Sequence record: SRR2962707_3481
DNA length: 64,000 nucleotides
Direction: 5' to 3' (one strand)
The number at the start of each line of letters is the position of its first letter. Position 1 is the first letter of the stretch. The notes below the pieces were generated by a model, which was given only the letters and a program-made list of their open reading frames with translations, ran no database searches and was not told the origin of the DNA. A program made the translations under genes and the position numbers. Positions 1 to 10,579 of the stretch are shown piece after piece.

Positions 1-1431
1 AAGTGTTTTAGCCGAAAGAGCAGTCTTCGCTGCACTACCTTCCGTCAGGTTGCTAGAGCCTGTGGATCCTCTGCTCAAAATAAAGGTGGAGGTATTGTCA
101 TCAAGATCAATGTTGCCATAGGCATCAACGGAAGCAACTACTAACGTAAAATCTTCGTCCACCCCGACGGTATTTGGGGGATCATCAAATCCCCAATTCG
201 TCCCGGTCACATCGATGGTATTGTACAAGATATCGGATGAAGCAGTCTCTGTCAGTGTAATGGTGCTGGTTGCTCCACTGAAGGTAAAATCCGATCCTAC
301 CACATCCACATGAAATAAGTCTCCGTCAATATCTTCCGAGATGGATGTGTTGAGCCAGATACTCAGCGTAAAGGTCTCACTTCCATCATCAGGCACATAT
401 CCCACATCACTGGATGTGATTCCAATTCCTGAGAACGTAATGGTGTTCGTGCCGATGGAAGTGGCATTAATGAAATTACCACCGCTATCCTCCAGCCTTG
501 CACCAGCAATCACATCACTCCAGTCGTCGATCCCATCGCTGGCACCTTCAGTGAAAACCAAATCGGTAAATTGAATAGGGAAGGCATCCGCTCCTGCAGA
601 GGCATCATCAGTGATAGTGAAATCAAACACATCTTCTCCCGGGTCTGCCACCGAGATGGAGGAGAGGTCTCCAAAATTTGTAGATCCTGCGGTAATGGTT
701 CCTTCACCGCTACCTGTAGCAATGGTAGCCGTGATATCGATATCCACAATACCGATACCTGCCGAATTCCCGTCATGATCTTTGAATACCCACTTAAAGT
801 AATAGTACGAGCCATCCGCAATGGACACACTGATGGTCGTGCTGAGGTCAGTGGCTGCATTGCCCCAATTAGTACCGTTCGCAAATGAGGTGCCCATGCC
901 TGCGATTTGGGTATAGGTACTATTGTCGGAGCTGTGATAGAATTCAACAGAAGCACTGGTGCCTGAACCAACATAGGCTTGCAGACTATGATCTATATCC
1001 AGGGACGTGATCTCACCTCCGGTGCTGTTTTCTACCCGAAGGATCAGGGCAATGTCCCCTTGCTGTCCCCCGGCAGTGTAGCCGTTTCTTACCCCTAGGC
1101 GTGTGGTGCTGTATGCAAATGCCCTGACTTCACCCGGAGGCCATGGACTTACGTTGTATTGACTGGCGGAGGTCCCGCCTGCGTAGGGACTGCCCGTATT
1201 GGAATCCCCAAAATCGGAATTCATGGTGCCGTCATTGTCAAGATCTACTCCCCATTCGTCAGAATCCAATGAGCCTACAGTAACAGCTCCTGGTGTGAAG
1301 CCGGTACCGGTGAACGACGTGAATGTAATGGTTTGTTTTGCATCTCCTGTGATGGCATACTGCCCAAAAGCAATGAATCCCACTCCTAAGAAGAATAGGA
1401 AGGTAAAAGAGCGAATACGTAACTGGTGCAT
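1..1431 (-). CDS. Large secreted/surface protein, N-terminal 477 aa only (runs off the left edge); absent from the ORF track
   Basis: Hand translation from ATG at 1431 (in-frame TAA at 1446-1444 upstream): MHQLRIRSFTFLFFLGVGFIAFG-QYAITGD... and open to base 1. Signal peptide with Gln+1, Thr/Ser/Gly/Asp-rich beta-strand composition, DLDNDG Ca-binding-like motif. Confidence 0.85.
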   Translation of the reverse strand, partial: MHQLRIRSFTFLFFLGVGFIAFGQYAITGDAKQTITFTSFTGTGFTPGAVTVGSLDSDEWGVDLDNDGTMNSDFGDSNTGSPYAGGTSASQYNVSPWPPGEVRAFAYSTTRLGVRNGYTAGGQQGDIALILRVENSTGGEITSLDIDHSLQAYVGSGTSASVEFYHSSDNSTYTQIAGMGTSFANGTNWGNAATDLSTTISVSIADGSYYYFKWVFKDHDGNSAGIGIVDIDITATIATGSGEGTITAGSTNFGDLSSISVADPGEDVFDFTITDDASAGADAFPIQFTDLVFTEGASDGIDDWSDVIAGARLEDSGGNFINATSIGTNTITFSGIGITSSDVGYVPDDGSETFTLSIWLNTSISEDIDGDLFHVDVVGSDFTFSGATSTITLTETASSDILYNTIDVTGTNWGFDDPPNTVGVDEDFTLVVASVDAYGNIDLDDNTSTFILSRGSTGSSNLTEGSAAKTALSAKTL

Positions 1432-1621
1432 AATAGCTGGTTCTTAATGAACATCTAAGTTCTTTCATGCTGGATGGAATACCGCCTCATTAGGGTTAGC
1501 AAATGGATAGCATGAGTTTATTTTTTATCTACAAACATTCTTTTTCGGCTGGGGTGACAAAATTGGTAGGGCTAAAATGTTTGGGTCGTAACTTCGAAAA
1601 TCCATAGCTTAGAACAAGCAA

Positions 1622-3541
1622 ATGACACCTTCTGAAATCTTAAAGCAGTACTGGGGCTATTCTACCTTTCGTCCACTACAGGAAGAGATCATCCAATCTG
1701 TATTGGATGGAAAGGATACCCTTGCCCTTTTACCAACAGGGGGCGGGAAGTCCGTTTGCTTTCAGGTGCCGGCATTGGTCATGGAAGGAATCTGCATTGT
1801 GATTTCGCCACTCATTGCCTTGATGAAAGATCAGGTGGAGCAGCTCCAACGAAAGGACGTGAAAGCAGCAGCTGTGTTTTCGGGGATGACCAAGCGGGAA
1901 ATCGACATCACCCTGGACAATTGCATCTATGGCAATTATAAATTCCTGTATGTCTCTCCCGAGCGTTTGAAGACCGAACTTTTTCGGGAGCGGGCCAAGC
2001 AAATGAAGATCAGTATGCTGGCCATAGACGAAGCGCATTGTATTTCACAGTGGGGGTATGATTTTCGTCCTCCGTACCTGGAGATTGCCACTTTCAAGAA
2101 AGAACTGGACATCCAGAAACTGATCGCTCTTACTGCTACAGCCACTAAAGAGGTCAAGGAAGATCTGATCGAAAAGCTCGAGATGTCTGATCCTGCTATT
2201 TTTCAGAAGAGTTTTGCGAGGGCTAATCTTTCTTATTCTGCCTTCAGGCTTGAAAATAAAAGCCAGAAGATGTTGGAGATCCTGCACAATGTACCCGGCA
2301 CAAGTGTGGTGTATGTAAGAAGTAGGAAGCGGACGAAAGAAGTTGCTGAGTTTCTGCAACGAAATAAGGTATCGGCAGATTTCTACCACGCCGGTCTGAC
2401 CGGAAAAGAACGCTCAGATAAGCAGGATGCCTGGATTCACAACCGGATCAGGGTGATGGTGGCGACCAATGCCTTCGGGATGGGGATTGATAAACCAGAT
2501 GTTCGAACTGTGATCCATCTGGACCTCCCGGATTCGTTGGAAGCCTACTATCAGGAGGCAGGAAGAGGCGGGCGTGATGAGCGAAAAGCCTATGCGGTGG
2601 CTTTGTACAACAACCAGGATGTGGATGATCTGAAGGAACGTACTGAACGATCCGTGGTGACCATGGAGCAGCTCAAACGAACGTACCAGGCCCTGGCCAA
2701 TTACTACAAACTGGCGATTGGAAGTAATGCGTTTTCCAATTTCCCTTTTCGGTACGATGAATTCATCAAGACGTATAACCTGCCCCCTGTAGAAACTTAT
2801 GCTGCACTCAAAAAGCTCGGCGATGAGGGATTGATCCAGATGAATGATGGGTTCTTTGAACCTTCTAAGCTGATATTTCTTCTGGATAAAGGCGAAACGT
2901 ACAAATACCAGGTAGCCAATCCGAAGCTGGATGCGATCATCAAAACCCTACTGAGACTCTATGGTGGAGAAATATTTGTCTCCTATGCCAAGGTGAAGGA
3001 GAAGGAAATCGCAACGCTTTTAAAAACAGATGTGAAGCAAGTCAGGCAGTGGCTGCAATACCTGTCCGATCAGGAGGTGGTCGATTACCAGGGCTCGAAT
3101 GACTCCCCATCGGTCACGTTCCTGACCCCACGTCTGGATCCTCAAAAACTTCCTATTGACAATGCCCAGATCGAGTGGAGGCGAAAGCTGGCCATCGAAA
3201 AGGCCAAATCAGTGATTGATTACATGCATACGCAGGAATGCAGGACACAGGTGTTTCAGCATTATTTTGATGAAGAAACCAGTCTTACATGCGGCATTTG
3301 TGACAATGACCTGGAGAAGAAAAAGCATTTGACGGCCAGTGAAATCCCTGTTGAAGCGGTGGAGCAAGTGATGGATGCCCCACGGACCATTTCTGATTTG
3401 CGTGCCTTGCTTTCCAAATACTCCGAAGACCAGATCATGGAAGCCTTACGTATCCTAATGGAAGACAAAAAGGTGATTGAAAGCAATGGAAAATTCGCTC
3501 ATATTACCCACGAGCCGCTGAGAGGGGGAGGGGAGAGTTGA
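1622..3541 (+). CDS. recQ: RecQ-family ATP-dependent DNA helicase
   Basis: Walker A LPTGGGKS, DEAHCISQWGYDFRP, ALTATA, ATNAFGMGIDKPDVR, YYQEAGRGGRD, Zn-binding CR...CGICDN. Confidence 0.95.
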   Translation: MTPSEILKQYWGYSTFRPLQEEIIQSVLDGKDTLALLPTGGGKSVCFQVPALVMEGICIVISPLIALMKDQVEQLQRKDVKAAAVFSGMTKREIDITLDNCIYGNYKFLYVSPERLKTELFRERAKQMKISMLAIDEAHCISQWGYDFRPPYLEIATFKKELDIQKLIALTATATKEVKEDLIEKLEMSDPAIFQKSFARANLSYSAFRLENKSQKMLEILHNVPGTSVVYVRSRKRTKEVAEFLQRNKVSADFYHAGLTGKERSDKQDAWIHNRIRVMVATNAFGMGIDKPDVRTVIHLDLPDSLEAYYQEAGRGGRDERKAYAVALYNNQDVDDLKERTERSVVTMEQLKRTYQALANYYKLAIGSNAFSNFPFRYDEFIKTYNLPPVETYAALKKLGDEGLIQMNDGFFEPSKLIFLLDKGETYKYQVANPKLDAIIKTLLRLYGGEIFVSYAKVKEKEIATLLKTDVKQVRQWLQYLSDQEVVDYQGSNDSPSVTFLTPRLDPQKLPIDNAQIEWRRKLAIEKAKSVIDYMHTQECRTQVFQHYFDEETSLTCGICDNDLEKKKHLTASEIPVEAVEQVMDAPRTISDLRALLSKYSEDQIMEALRILMEDKKVIESNGKFAHITHEPLRGGGES

Positions 3542-3546
3542 GGTTA

Positions 3547-4152
3547 TTATTTACAATATTTTTTCAGTAATTCCTCAGCTTCATTATTACCTAATTCTAG
3601 AGCCTTTTTCCAATCGGGACAAGCTGCCGCCAGATTACCTAACTTTTGGCTAGCAACACCTCTATTGAAAAAAGAATGTGGGTCTTTAGGGTTTATTTGA
3701 ATGGCCTTATTAAAGTCTTCTATAGCACCCTCTAAATTTCCTAATTTTTCCTTAGCATAAGCTCTGTATTTATAGATTCGTGAATCTTGAGGGTCAAGGT
3801 CAATTGCTTTGTTATAATCCGTAATAGCCTCATTTACATGACCCAATTGTTTTTTAGCCCATCCTCTATTAAAGTATCCTCTCTTATCTTCTGGATTAAT
3901 TTCAATTATTTTATTAAAATCCTCAATTGACGACTGGTATAGCTTTAAATATTGTTTTGATTTTCCTCTAGAAAAGTAAGCCTCAGTAAAATTTGAATCA
4001 ATTTCAATAGCTTTATTATAATATTTTAATGCTTTGGTATGTTCTTCTAATTGCGCATAAGTCGTGGCTTTACTGTAATAATAATTTGCAGACCGACAAC
4101 CAGGTAATGATATGAAAATTGATAAAATAGCTAATAGAAATGCCTTTCTCAT
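3547..4152 (-). CDS. Tetratricopeptide-repeat putative lipoprotein
   Basis: About 5 TPR units (e.g. AYFSRG...FNKIIEINPED, ACPDWKKALELG). The likely start MRKAFLLAILSIFISLPG-C carries a lipobox; the ORF track uses an upstream GTG at 4173. Markedly AT-rich. Confidence 0.85.
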   Translation of the reverse strand: MRKAFLLAILSIFISLPGCRSANYYYSKATTYAQLEEHTKALKYYNKAIEIDSNFTEAYFSRGKSKQYLKLYQSSIEDFNKIIEINPEDKRGYFNRGWAKKQLGHVNEAITDYNKAIDLDPQDSRIYKYRAYAKEKLGNLEGAIEDFNKAIQINPKDPHSFFNRGVASQKLGNLAAACPDWKKALELGNNEAEELLKKYCK

Positions 4153-4246
4153 TTTTTCCTTTTGGTAACGCACATTGATTGGATCCTTCGACTTATGCTA
4201 TTCTTCCCCACCAACAAAAAGATGTTCTAAGATAACTGACGAGTTG

Positions 4247-5431
4247 CTACCCTAACGCAGCAACCCCTGGCAACACCTTACCTTCCATGTATTCCAGCAA
4301 CGCACCACCACCGGTAGAGACATACGATACCTTGTCGCCGTAACCAAGGTTGTTGACCGCTGCAGCAGAGTCGCCACCACCAATCAATGAGAAGCCTCCG
4401 TTTTCTGTGGCTTTTACTACTGCATTGGCAATTGCATCTGTTCCTTTGGCGAAGTTTGGAAATTCGAAGACACCCATAGGACCGTTCCATAGGATGGTCC
4501 TGGAAGATTCGATCATCTCAGTGAACAGCTTGATTGTTTCCGGCCCAATGTCCAATCCCATCCATCCATCCGGGATTTCATTGGCTTTTACCGTTTGTGA
4601 GTTGGCATCATTGTTAAAATCATCGGCTATCACGGTATCTACCGGCAAAACCAATTTCACCCCTTTTGCTGCGGCTTTAGCCTCCAGTTCTTTAGTAAGT
4701 TCCAATTTGTCAGCCTCCAAAAGCGAGTTGCCAATACTACCTCCTTTTGCTTTGGTAAAGGTATAGGACATACCACCGCCAATGATCAGGTTGTCAACAG
4801 CTCCCAACAGCTTTTCGATAATGAGAATTTTGTCGGAAATCTTCGCACCACCCATGATGGCGGTTAGTGGCTTTTCTGCACCTGTAAGAATCTTCTCTGC
4901 ATTTTCAAGCTCCGCCTGCATCACGTAACCACAACATTTGTCAGCGAAGAACTTGGCAGCAACAGTCGTAGAGGCATGTGCCCGGTGCGCCGTTCCAAAC
5001 GCATCATTTACGTAGATGTCACCAAGCTTGGCCAGCTTCTCAGCGAATGCTTCGTCTCCTTTTTCTTCCTCTTTGTAAAAACGGACATTCTCCAATAGCA
5101 ACACCTCGCCACCCTGTAAGGAAGCAGCACCATCAATGGCAGATTGACCGACACAGTCATCAGCAAACTTTACGTGCACACCTAGTTTGGAGCTCAGGTT
5201 GGGGATAATGTGTCGTAAAGAAAACTTGTCTTCAGGACCTTCTTTCGGACGGCCAAGGTGCGACATGAGGATACACGAACCACCATCGTCAAGAATCTTT
5301 TTGAGCGTTGGGATTGCAGCATTGATCCTCGTCTCATCAGTCACTTGGAGTTCACCATTGAGAGGTACATTAAAGTCAACTCGTATTAATGCTTTTTTTC
5401 CGTTGAAGTTATAATCCTGTATTGTTTTCAT
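4247..5431 (-). CDS. pgk: Phosphoglycerate kinase
   Basis: [51 protein letters not shown]. Confidence 0.99.
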   Translation of the reverse strand: MKTIQDYNFNGKKALIRVDFNVPLNGELQVTDETRINAAIPTLKKILDDGGSCILMSHLGRPKEGPEDKFSLRHIIPNLSSKLGVHVKFADDCVGQSAIDGAASLQGGEVLLLENVRFYKEEEKGDEAFAEKLAKLGDIYVNDAFGTAHRAHASTTVAAKFFADKCCGYVMQAELENAEKILTGAEKPLTAIMGGAKISDKILIIEKLLGAVDNLIIGGGMSYTFTKAKGGSIGNSLLEADKLELTKELEAKAAAKGVKLVLPVDTVIADDFNNDANSQTVKANEIPDGWMGLDIGPETIKLFTEMIESSRTILWNGPMGVFEFPNFAKGTDAIANAVVKATENGGFSLIGGGDSAAAVNNLGYGDKVSYVSTGGGALLEYMEGKVLPGVAALG

Positions 5432-5450
5432 TGCGCTTTTGTTAGGATCG

Positions 5451-5458
5451 CAAACTTA
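5451..5458 (-). promoter_or_regulatory. Bacteroidetes sigma-A -7 element for pgk (TAAGTTTG)
   Basis: Exact TAnnTTTG match about 20 nt upstream of the pgk ATG. Confidence 0.65.
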
Positions 5459-5494
5459 ACATCGGATTGGTTATTAGGCTAGGATATGACGTTA

Positions 5495-6913
5495 TCAGTG
5501 GCCAGAAAACGAGATGAATTCACTTGCAACAGCCAATCGAAAGAAGTTGTTTAGCTGCTCATCACTCATTTCGGCATACATTGGACTTATAACCACATAA
5601 GCGGCCAGGTCTGCTTGCATCACTTCACCGCCCACAATATACATGTTTGAATAGTCCTCTCTGAATTCATTTCGATACGCATATTCTTCATCGTCATCAT
5701 GATCCTCTTCTGCCTCAAAATCATCCGGCTCATAGGCATTTACCAGACCCTCCAGAATACCGTCGATAAACGCATGCAAAGATTCATATGCCTCATCATA
5801 TGAATTATAGTTGGCAGGGATAAAGGCAAAATCGAAACTTTCAAATTGCACATGGAATAATCCATCGTCATAGGTAACAGTGGAGCCATACGGAACAGCA
5901 AACGAAGCACCCGTCTCAAAATCTTCATATACGTCAAAGTACAAGTCATCAATAAAAGCCTGATCCACGTCTGACATGAATTCCTGCATTTCCTCCCAAT
6001 CCTCATCATCAAGTGTGTTGAGCAAATCGTAATAGGAAGCTGCCGTCCAGGTTTTACTAAGACTCTTTCCCGCTCCGGACGAAACCGTAGATCGGGATTC
6101 TTCTTCAGCGATGTAAGCGTTGTAGCTCGACTCATCTACCGTGATTGGAAGATAGTAGGGACTGCTATACAAATTTTGCTGGATCGATACGGAGCGTGGA
6201 ATAGCATCGGCAGAGGATACTAGTCGTCGAAGATAAGCCTCCGATGGCATGGCCCAATTGAGACGTGCTGTTCCGCCGCGCAGACCTCCATCCGCAATGC
6301 CAATTACCTTCCCGGAAGATGTCATGATAGGCGCTCCTGAGTGCCCTGGCTGGATGATGGAGCTGATTCTGTAAATCTGAGCACTAGGGGAGGGATACCC
6401 TTGATCGATCAATTCATTCTTGAGTTTATTGCCGGCAAGGATGTCATTCAGAGTAGGCACCCGACTCAATGATCGGGAGAATTTGATCTCATCACCGGTG
6501 ATGGAAGGCACTCCATGCGGATAGCCCCAAATGAAATAGGTGGAGGTGGATTGAGGACTTACATTCTCTGTCTGCAACGGCTGAAGCCCCAGGCTTCTGT
6601 CAAGTTTTAGGAGTGCCAGGTCTGCTTCCTTGAGCACCTTTACTACAGTGGCACTCGTGCATACATCATTGGTAGTGCAGACCTCTATTTTCTCCACACC
6701 CGCCACAGAATGGAGCGTTGCGACCACCCATTGTGGATCGTTCCACACCCAGCCGGTAGAGGTGTTCACTACCTGTGCGGGATTTCCCTTCGGATCCTTG
6801 CCTTTGTAGCTTGTCTGGATTTTAACAACAGATTTAGCACTCGTAGCATCATTTTGTGCAAGGATCACAAATGGAAAAAAGAGCAAAAACAATAGAATCT
6901 TGATAGGTTTCAT
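5495..6913 (-). CDS. Secreted trypsin-like (S1) serine protease with acidic C-terminal domain
   Basis: Signal peptide (..VILA-Q). Triad motifs VATLH, ADLALL and IQPGHSGAPI. Asp/Glu-rich C-terminal half. Confidence 0.8.
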   Translation of the reverse strand: MKPIKILLFLLFFPFVILAQNDATSAKSVVKIQTSYKGKDPKGNPAQVVNTSTGWVWNDPQWVVATLHSVAGVEKIEVCTTNDVCTSATVVKVLKEADLALLKLDRSLGLQPLQTENVSPQSTSTYFIWGYPHGVPSITGDEIKFSRSLSRVPTLNDILAGNKLKNELIDQGYPSPSAQIYRISSIIQPGHSGAPIMTSSGKVIGIADGGLRGGTARLNWAMPSEAYLRRLVSSADAIPRSVSIQQNLYSSPYYLPITVDESSYNAYIAEEESRSTVSSGAGKSLSKTWTAASYYDLLNTLDDEDWEEMQEFMSDVDQAFIDDLYFDVYEDFETGASFAVPYGSTVTYDDGLFHVQFESFDFAFIPANYNSYDEAYESLHAFIDGILEGLVNAYEPDDFEAEEDHDDDEEYAYRNEFREDYSNMYIVGGEVMQADLAAYVVISPMYAEMSDEQLNNFFRLAVASEFISFSGH

Positions 6914-6936
6914 GATAGTGAGTTGTAAAGGGGTTC

Positions 6937-7743
6937 TTATTGGAGCGAACAGAAAAATGCTTTCGTCGCTTTGGTCAATTCCGGTCTCGATTGGTAATCA
7001 ACATCTATAAATATCTCTGAAAGTTGTAATGCCAGCGGATCTGTCCACTCGATCGGGTCTTCTGCTAATTTGCAATAGTCTACGGTTCCCTTACCCATCT
7101 TGTAGGCCATTTGCTGCAGATGATGGATAAACAACATCTGAGAGCGTCGGGGCACGGCAGATTCAATCTTATTAAGGAGCTCGTCAAGTGATTCGTTTTC
7201 CAGGACTTTGAGCTTACGCTTTGCTTTGTCCATGTCACCTTTGAATAGACTGGTGTCCATCAATGTACTTACTTCTTTGATCTCACTTGCGTTAAAAAGT
7301 GCTGACTGGCCCTTCATTTGCATGAAGCTCGAGGTGTCAGTAGCAGCTCCTGTTAGCGGGTCAATTTTCAAAAGTTCGTAAGCAACATATTTTCTGGCAG
7401 AAGCAGAGTCATATCCGGCATCAAGCCATGTCTGTACTTTTTCAGTTATGGTGGGAGAAAATGCATTGTTCGTTCTGACATAAATGCCAAACAAAATTCC
7501 CACAACAACAGCAAACCCGAAGCTTCCTAATTTCAGGTTTCTTTCGACAGCACTTTGATCTCCTGATTTTCCAATCTTATTTTCTAACCCAAGCAACGCT
7601 CCGAGAATGCTGGTGAGCGCACCCAGCACAATCTTGACCGTTGGTGAGACAGAAAGACCCATGATCAGGCCTAGCAACAAGCCAAATCCTATACCTGCAT
7701 AAATACTGGAAAAGACAGAACGAGAACTGTTTTGATCGGTCAT
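6937..7743 (-). CDS. Hypothetical membrane protein (3 Gly-rich N-terminal TM segments + soluble helical domain)
   Basis: 268-aa ORF with hydrophobic segments at about residues 13-32, 38-53 and 72-88; 23 nt upstream of the protease gene on the same strand. Confidence 0.75.
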   Translation of the reverse strand: MTDQNSSRSVFSSIYAGIGFGLLLGLIMGLSVSPTVKIVLGALTSILGALLGLENKIGKSGDQSAVERNLKLGSFGFAVVVGILFGIYVRTNNAFSPTITEKVQTWLDAGYDSASARKYVAYELLKIDPLTGAATDTSSFMQMKGQSALFNASEIKEVSTLMDTSLFKGDMDKAKRKLKVLENESLDELLNKIESAVPRRSQMLFIHHLQQMAYKMGKGTVDYCKLAEDPIEWTDPLALQLSEIFIDVDYQSRPELTKATKAFFCSLQ

Positions 7744-7867
7744 TGGTGGTGAGTTTGGTTAGGTACCAGAAATTTAAATGAAATATACCGACTTTGTAAA
7801 ATTCAACTCGATTGTTCCACTAAATCGGTTTTGTAAAATGAATAATAATCAAGAGATATAATCCAGA

Positions 7868-8842
7868 TTATTTGGTTCGCTCAATGGTGAATTGAACGAG
7901 CTGCTCCAGGGAAGTTTTGTAAGGGGTGTCGGGAAGTGATCCAAGGATTTCTTTAGCCGTATTGTGATAATCTTCCATCACAGAAATGGCGTATTCAATC
8001 CCTCCGGAATTTTTCACAAAATCAATGACCTCATGCACGAGCTTCGGTTTTTTCTCAGCTTGTTTTACGAGTTTCTTGATTCTTTTCTTTTCCAACCTGT
8101 TGGCTTTGCTCAGCGCATGAATCAATGGAAGCGTCATTTTCTTTTCCTTGATATCGATTCCACGCGGCTTCCCGATTTCGAACGTCCCATAGTCGAAGAG
8201 GTCATCTTTGATCTGAAAAGCCATACCAACGGCCAAACCGAATTCCCCCATTTTTTCAATGGTTTCCTCATCTGCACCTGCACTGGCTGCACCAACTTTG
8301 CAGCATGAGGTGATGAGACTAGCGGTTTTTTGGCGAATTACCTCGTAGTAAACTTCTTCGCTGATGTCAAGCTTGCGTGCTTTTTCCATCTGCAACAGCT
8401 CACCCTCACTCATTTCCTTTACCGCATCAGTGGTGATGCGGAGTAGGTTAATGTCATTGTTTTCCATTGACATGATCAAGCCTCTGGATAGGAGGAAATC
8501 ACCGACAAGAACAGCGATTTTGTTTTTCCATAAAGCATTGATAGAAAAAAATCCTCTACGAGTGGAGGCATCATCAACCACATCATCATGAACAAGCGTG
8601 GCGGTATGCAATAACTCTATCAGGGCAGCACCTCTATACGTAGATTCAGTGATTTCTCCGGTTGCACCGGCACTTAAAAACACAAAGAGCGGACGCATCT
8701 GTTTGCCCTTCCTACGAACGATGTAACCGGTGATTTTATCAAGCAACATCACCTTACTTTTCATGGATTGTCGGAATTTTTTCTCGAACTCATCCATTTC
8801 GGTGGCTACCGGTGCTTGTATGTCTTTTAACTTTAAGGCCAT
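7868..8842 (-). CDS. ispB: Polyprenyl (octaprenyl-type) diphosphate synthase
   Basis: GKQMRP, ELLHTATLVHDDVVD (FARM), KTASL, FQIKDDLFD (SARM). Confidence 0.92.
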   Translation of the reverse strand: MALKLKDIQAPVATEMDEFEKKFRQSMKSKVMLLDKITGYIVRRKGKQMRPLFVFLSAGATGEITESTYRGAALIELLHTATLVHDDVVDDASTRRGFFSINALWKNKIAVLVGDFLLSRGLIMSMENNDINLLRITTDAVKEMSEGELLQMEKARKLDISEEVYYEVIRQKTASLITSCCKVGAASAGADEETIEKMGEFGLAVGMAFQIKDDLFDYGTFEIGKPRGIDIKEKKMTLPLIHALSKANRLEKKRIKKLVKQAEKKPKLVHEVIDFVKNSGGIEYAISVMEDYHNTAKEILGSLPDTPYKTSLEQLVQFTIERTK

Positions 8843-8908
8843 TCAGGGTGCAATTATACAGATGTTAATGCTTAGAACTATCTTTCCGCCAATTTCTAAA
8901 TCAGGTTA

Positions 8909-10579
8909 ATGGGTAGAAAAAAGGTTAGATATTCTGAAATAATTCCAAACAGGAATGATTGGCCAATTGTTCGTCTATCGAAAAATCGTAAAGGATTCAT
9001 CGACGAGGTGACCGATGATGTCTACCAGACCATTCTCAGAACCAAAAGCGGCTCCATACGAGAGGAAATTGAAGTGACCATTCACCGTGAGAAAATGCGG
9101 ATGAAGGCCAATCCATGGCGCGTCGATCCACCTGATGAGCGGGTCTATTGGAATAATATTCAGCAGCGTTTACTGGACATTGATCCCGATGATGAGGAAA
9201 AAGCCAATAAGGAGCAGGAGATATTAAAAGAGATCATCGCCAGGTATTCCAACGAGATAGCCGGGAGCTTCAAGAATTCAGCGTATCAGTTCGCACAAAA
9301 ATTTATCACGTTTGGCTTTGCTCGCTTGTTGAATGCTGCGAGGGTCAAAGGATTGTTGTCATTATTTAGCCGTCAGCTCGATTTAGATGACAAGCTGCAT
9401 GTGGTTGGTGAGACTGAGCACATCCGAAAACTGGCCAAGGTCGGGACGGTTGTCATGGTACCTACACACTTTAGTAACCTTGATTCTATTTTGATAGGAT
9501 GGGCCATTCAATACCTCGGACTTCCTCCATTTATATATGGAGCAGGTCTGAATCTTTTCAATATTAAGATACTGGCCTATTTCATGAATAGTCTGGGTGC
9601 CTACAAAGTAGACCGAAGAAAGAAGAATCTTGTCTATCTAGAAACGTTGAAGACTTATTCCAGAATGGCGATTCAGAAAGGATGTCATTCTTTATTTTTT
9701 CCGGGGGGCACCCGGTCCAGGTCCGGTGAGATTGAAAGTTCATTAAAGCTCGGATTGTTGAGCACAGCCATTGAAGCGCAAAGGGAACTTTATCAAAAAA
9801 CGACAGAAGAGGAGGAGGTTCGTAAGGTATTCATCGTACCTGTGGTGATAAACTATCACTTCACGCTTGAGGCACCTTCTTTGATCAGGGATTACCTGAA
9901 AAGAACCGGGAGAGAACGATACTATGTGGAGGCGGATGAATTTTCAACTTCCTACAAGATCGGCACTTTCATGTTCAAGTTTTTCACCAAAGGCTCGGAT
10001 ATCTCAGTCAATGTGGGGCGGGGAATGGATATCCTAGGCAACTATGTGGATGACGAAGGACATTCCTTTGATAAAAACGGGACGCCTATTCATACCAAGG
10101 ACTATTTCCTGAGAGACAAGAAGATAACTTTTGATGCGCAACGCGAAAACGAATATGTGCGGGTGCTGGCAGAACGAATTGTGCAGGAGTACCATAAGTT
10201 TAACAGGGTATTTGCAAGTCATCTGGTTGCCTATGTTGCATTTAAAATGCTTGAGCGAAAAAACCCAAAACTGGATCTTTACAATATCCTTCGATTGCCG
10301 GATGAAGATTTGATTCTTGATTACGATGAATTTAAAGCCAACTTCAAGAAGCTACGAACAAGAATTCAGAAACTTCAAAAGAAGGGGATGATTGATATGT
10401 CCAATCATATGAGGGAGAAAGCAGAGACAGCCATCACGCACGGATTGAATAATGTGGGACTGTATCATGACCAGAGACCTTTGGTGCGCAAGGGGGATAA
10501 GATCATTATCAATGACACCAATACATTGTTTTATTATCACAACAGAATGAATGGCTATGGTCTCGAAAAGTACATCTAA
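8909..10579 (+). CDS. plsB: Glycerol-3-phosphate acyltransferase (PlsB/PlsC superfamily)
   Basis: HX4D motif PTHFSNLD, GAGLNL and FFPGGTRSRSG; overlaps gpsA. Confidence 0.82.
   Translation: MGRKKVRYSEIIPNRNDWPIVRLSKNRKGFIDEVTDDVYQTILRTKSGSIREEIEVTIHREKMRMKANPWRVDPPDERVYWNNIQQRLLDIDPDDEEKANKEQEILKEIIARYSNEIAGSFKNSAYQFAQKFITFGFARLLNAARVKGLLSLFSRQLDLDDKLHVVGETEHIRKLAKVGTVVMVPTHFSNLDSILIGWAIQYLGLPPFIYGAGLNLFNIKILAYFMNSLGAYKVDRRKKNLVYLETLKTYSRMAIQKGCHSLFFPGGTRSRSGEIESSLKLGLLSTAIEAQRELYQKTTEEEEVRKVFIVPVVINYHFTLEAPSLIRDYLKRTGRERYYVEADEFSTSYKIGTFMFKFFTKGSDISVNVGRGMDILGNYVDDEGHSFDKNGTPIHTKDYFLRDKKITFDAQRENEYVRVLAERIVQEYHKFNRVFASHLVAYVAFKMLERKNPKLDLYNILRLPDEDLILDYDEFKANFKKLRTRIQKLQKKGMIDMSNHMREKAETAITHGLNNVGLYHDQRPLVRKGDKIIINDTNTLFYYHNRMNGYGLEKYI

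Noticed and set aside
341-1468. ORF-track entries 341..574, 510..974, 571..888, 1199..1447 and 1259..1468
   Set aside because: All are antisense or off-frame shadows of the minus-strand CDS 1..1431.
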